Assembly: GCA_049285595.1 (NCBI GenBank)
Contig: JBAQAF010000049.1
Span: forward strand, 12,538-76,537
Length of the DNA stretch: 64,000 bases
Direction: 5' to 3'
Source of the DNA: Thermoplasmata archaeon
Lineage (GTDB): Archaea > Thermoplasmatota > Thermoplasmata > Lutacidiplasmatales > UBA184
Shown: positions 63,209 to 64,000 of the stretch, in pieces
Numbering within the stretch: position 1 is the first letter of the stretch
How the letters are laid out: each line of letters opens with the position of its first letter
The notes under the pieces: model-generated
Databases searched by the model: none
Told to the model about the DNA's origin: nothing
The model's input: only the letters and a program-made list of their open reading frames with translations
Translations under genes and position numbers: made by a program

Positions 63209-63300
63209 CGATTCGCCAAATTCCCGAATGGTTTAGCGATGCCGCCGCGTGCGGCCCGGGCCGCAATCCCTAAGCGGGACCCGCTCTCCGCAAGAGAGCG

Positions 63301-63627
63301 ATGGTCGACGAGCTGACCCCCGAGCAGGTCGCGGCACTGCTCAAGGACGACCCGAAGGGCGTCGTCCTGTTGGACGTGCGCGAGCCGTTCGAGCGGAGCC
63401 TGGCGACGATCGATCCGTCGCTGCACATCCCGATGCGCGAGGTCGCTGGTCGCGTCGCGGAGATCCCCAAGGACACGCGGCTCGTGGTGTACTGTCACGG
63501 CGGGACCCGGTCGATGATGGTCGCCGCCTACCTCGAGGGGCACGGGTTCTCCTCGGTCGCGAATCTCGCCGGCGGGATCGACGCCTGGTCGGTCCGAGTG
63601 GACCGTTCCGTGCCCCGGTACGGGTAA
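63301..63627 (+). CDS. Rhodanese-domain sulfurtransferase
   Basis: VLLDVREPFE is present, as are the active-site loop YCHGGTRS and the C-terminal LAGGIDAW. Confidence 0.85.
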   Translation: MVDELTPEQVAALLKDDPKGVVLLDVREPFERSLATIDPSLHIPMREVAGRVAEIPKDTRLVVYCHGGTRSMMVAAYLEGHGFSSVANLAGGIDAWSVRVDRSVPRYG

Positions 63628-63652
63628 CCCGCGGAATCCCGGCAGCCCGTGC

Positions 63653-63997
63653 CTACGGCCGACGAACTTTCCGGCCCCCGGGATGCCCGTCCGGCGCGCG
63701 CCCGAGCACCTCGATGTAGGCGCGCATCCTCCAGTAGGTGTCGAGGAACTCCTGTCCTCGGGGTGTGATGTCGTACACCGGGCGGCCATCGACCTCTTCG
63801 CTGCGCAGGAGGCCGAGCGCGAGGAGACGTTCGACGAAATTCCGGAGCCGGTCGACCGGCATCCCCGCCCCGTAGGAGACCCGGGTGATCCGGGCGGCCC
63901 CGTGGTAGCGCTTGACGACCTCGAGGACCGTGGCGTACAGATCCGTCACCTCCCGGCGACGGCCCGCGCTCCCGTCCGGCCCCCGGCCTTCGAGCAT
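63653..63997 (-). CDS. Winged-helix DNA-binding protein (archaeal transcription regulator-like)
   Basis: DLYATVLEVVKRYHGAARITRVSYGAGMPVDRLRNFVERLLALGLL...YDITPRGQEFL is a wHTH pattern. The ATG at 63997 is close to the window end. Confidence 0.5.
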   Translation of the reverse strand: MLEGRGPDGSAGRRREVTDLYATVLEVVKRYHGAARITRVSYGAGMPVDRLRNFVERLLALGLLRSEEVDGRPVYDITPRGQEFLDTYWRMRAYIEVLGRAPDGHPGGRKVRRP

Positions 63998-64000
63998 CGC

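Noticed and set aside
1-64000. CRISPR arrays, rRNA genes, IS elements, transposases, integrases and inteins.
   Set aside because: I saw no regularly spaced direct repeats, no rRNA-like conserved strings, no DDE/tyrosine-recombinase-like ORFs, and no intein-sized insertions in RFC, aRF1, CopA or other usual hosts. Because I scanned by eye, short or degenerate elements could have been missed.

Overview
High-GC archaeal chromosomal segment. The lineage call rests on archaea-specific genes: ribosomal proteins S19e, L39e, L31e and S17e, aIF6, aRF1, the RFC small subunit, Taw1, Sec61-beta and an archaeal-type PPAT. The gene content looks Thermoplasmatota-like, but that is inference only. Coding density is high, with many 1-nt and 4-nt stop/start overlaps and TATA-like AT patches about 25-35 nt upstream of start codons. 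I support about 70 genes. They include a complete molybdenum-hydroxylase operon with its maturation genes, the conserved S19e-PDCD5-L39e-L31e-aIF6 cluster, two ABC-2 exporters (one headed by a PadR regulator), a GH15 glucoamylase, moaB/moaC, a hydroxyproline-catabolism trio chained to a TRASH-domain CopA, and one tRNA-Arg(CCU). The most unusual content is a tightly coupled three-gene module at 7.7-13.3 kb: a vWA protein, a divergent P-loop GTPase and a 975-aa coiled-coil protein. I cannot match it to any characterised system. The second point of interest is a visibly AT-richer stretch at about 36.9-43.4 kb. It carries bacterial-type cargo (an ArsR-AHSA1-DUF1801 operon and a class III cyclase-TPR protein), has several gene-free gaps, and ends at the 3' end of the tRNA next to a decayed tRNA 3'-half. 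No rRNA, CRISPR array, transposase or integrase was recognised. Because of the GC content, most long ORFs in the six-frame track are antisense or off-frame artefacts.
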